Of a DNA stretch of 64,000 nt, positions 63,300-64,000 are shown in pieces. This DNA is from Haplodiscus bocki (lineage: Eukaryota): assembly GCA_965655095.1 (NCBI GenBank), contig OZ296649.1, positions 106,392,001-106,456,000 on the forward strand, written 5' to 3'. Numbering within the stretch: the first letter of the stretch is position 1; each line of letters begins with the position of its first letter. The notes beneath the pieces are model-generated. The model had not been told where the DNA came from. It saw only the letters and a program-made list of their open reading frames with translations, and searched no databases. The translations under genes were made by a program, and so were the position numbers.

Positions 63300-64000
63300 A
63301 GTAGTAGAAGAGTGAGCTGGTCAGGTGGGGGGGGGGGATGGTGGAAGACCCTATGCTTTAAGCTAGGCTATAGCGAGCCGACTCGATGCGAGAGACAAGA
63401 GGGGTCTTCCACCATAGCTGAGAGCTCCTGGGTGACGTAATACTCGATTCTGATTGCCTGATCACTTGTGTGACGTATGGCTCGATTCTGACGATGTTCA
63501 AGGGTTTTTTTCGTGCTTGAGTTTAATTGGCTGACGTCAATTTTTCAATTTTGAGCACAAGCCAAGTGTGTTCGTCAATGTATAAAGATAGGTAGCGGGT
63601 TCGTTTTCGTCACTGTGAGACTTTTTCGAGAGAAATTTTTGAACTTTTTTCAGGGCCCCGAGCGGATAAAAATTACGGCACGGACTCAATATGACGCCTG
63701 CGGTTAATTTTTACGCATGTGGATGCTGTTCTGACTTAATGCAATGTGAAAAGATACACCAGCAATCTATTAAGATAGGGTATAAGTCGGTAATGTTTCA
63801 AGATAGGGTATAATATGGTAAGGTAATAAGATAAAGTATAGTTCGGTAAAGTATTAGGATAAGATATAGCTCGGTAACGTAACAAAATAGGCAATGTCCC
63901 GAAGTAGCATAAAGGGTGGGGGTGTTGACAACGGGAGGGGGGTCTTTCGCTAAGCAAGGAGATTTACAACGGGTCCATTAATCAATAATACTCAAGGTTC
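63300..64000. mobile_element. Terminus (TIR) of a second, related Maverick running off the window
   Basis: Starts AGTAGTAGAAGAGTGAGC; homologous to 31977-32500 including the 28-bp repeats, with ~250 bp extra at ~63490-63740. Predicted TSD AAAATA. Confidence 0.9.

Overview
AT-rich eukaryotic (animal-like) genomic DNA dominated by decayed mobile elements. The centrepiece is a complete but frameshifted ~18.1 kb Maverick/Polinton (31977-50056) with AGTAGT-type termini, long TIRs and a 6-bp TSD (ATCGGG/GTCGGG). It carries the core virus-like genes: pPolB, integrase, packaging ATPase, major and minor capsid proteins, adenain-like protease and a GFG-peptide protein. Between ATPase and pPolB lies a large accessory block. 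Its most striking member, missed by the ORF track, is a small signal-peptide plus EGF-domain gene (41749-42012, minus) with the cysteine spacing and YxGxRC tail of EGFR/ErbB ligands. Neighbouring accessory genes encode a KEN-box/SIM-like acidic protein, a Yippee/Mis18-like zinc protein, two tandem PC4-like proteins, a PLA2-like HD protein and a DEDD exonuclease-like protein, and a divergent promoter carries a perfect CArG box. A second related Maverick begins at 63300. The window also holds one multi-exon host gene (3896-6810, minus), a LINE RT fragment, an internally deleted MULE with a perfect 9-bp TSD, two solo LTRs that contain the start of a gag-like ORF, Helitron remnants, a ~120-bp satellite next to a tRNA-like head, and two tandem duplications. 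All family assignments come from manual motif reading, with no database search; coordinates of decayed genes are approximate.
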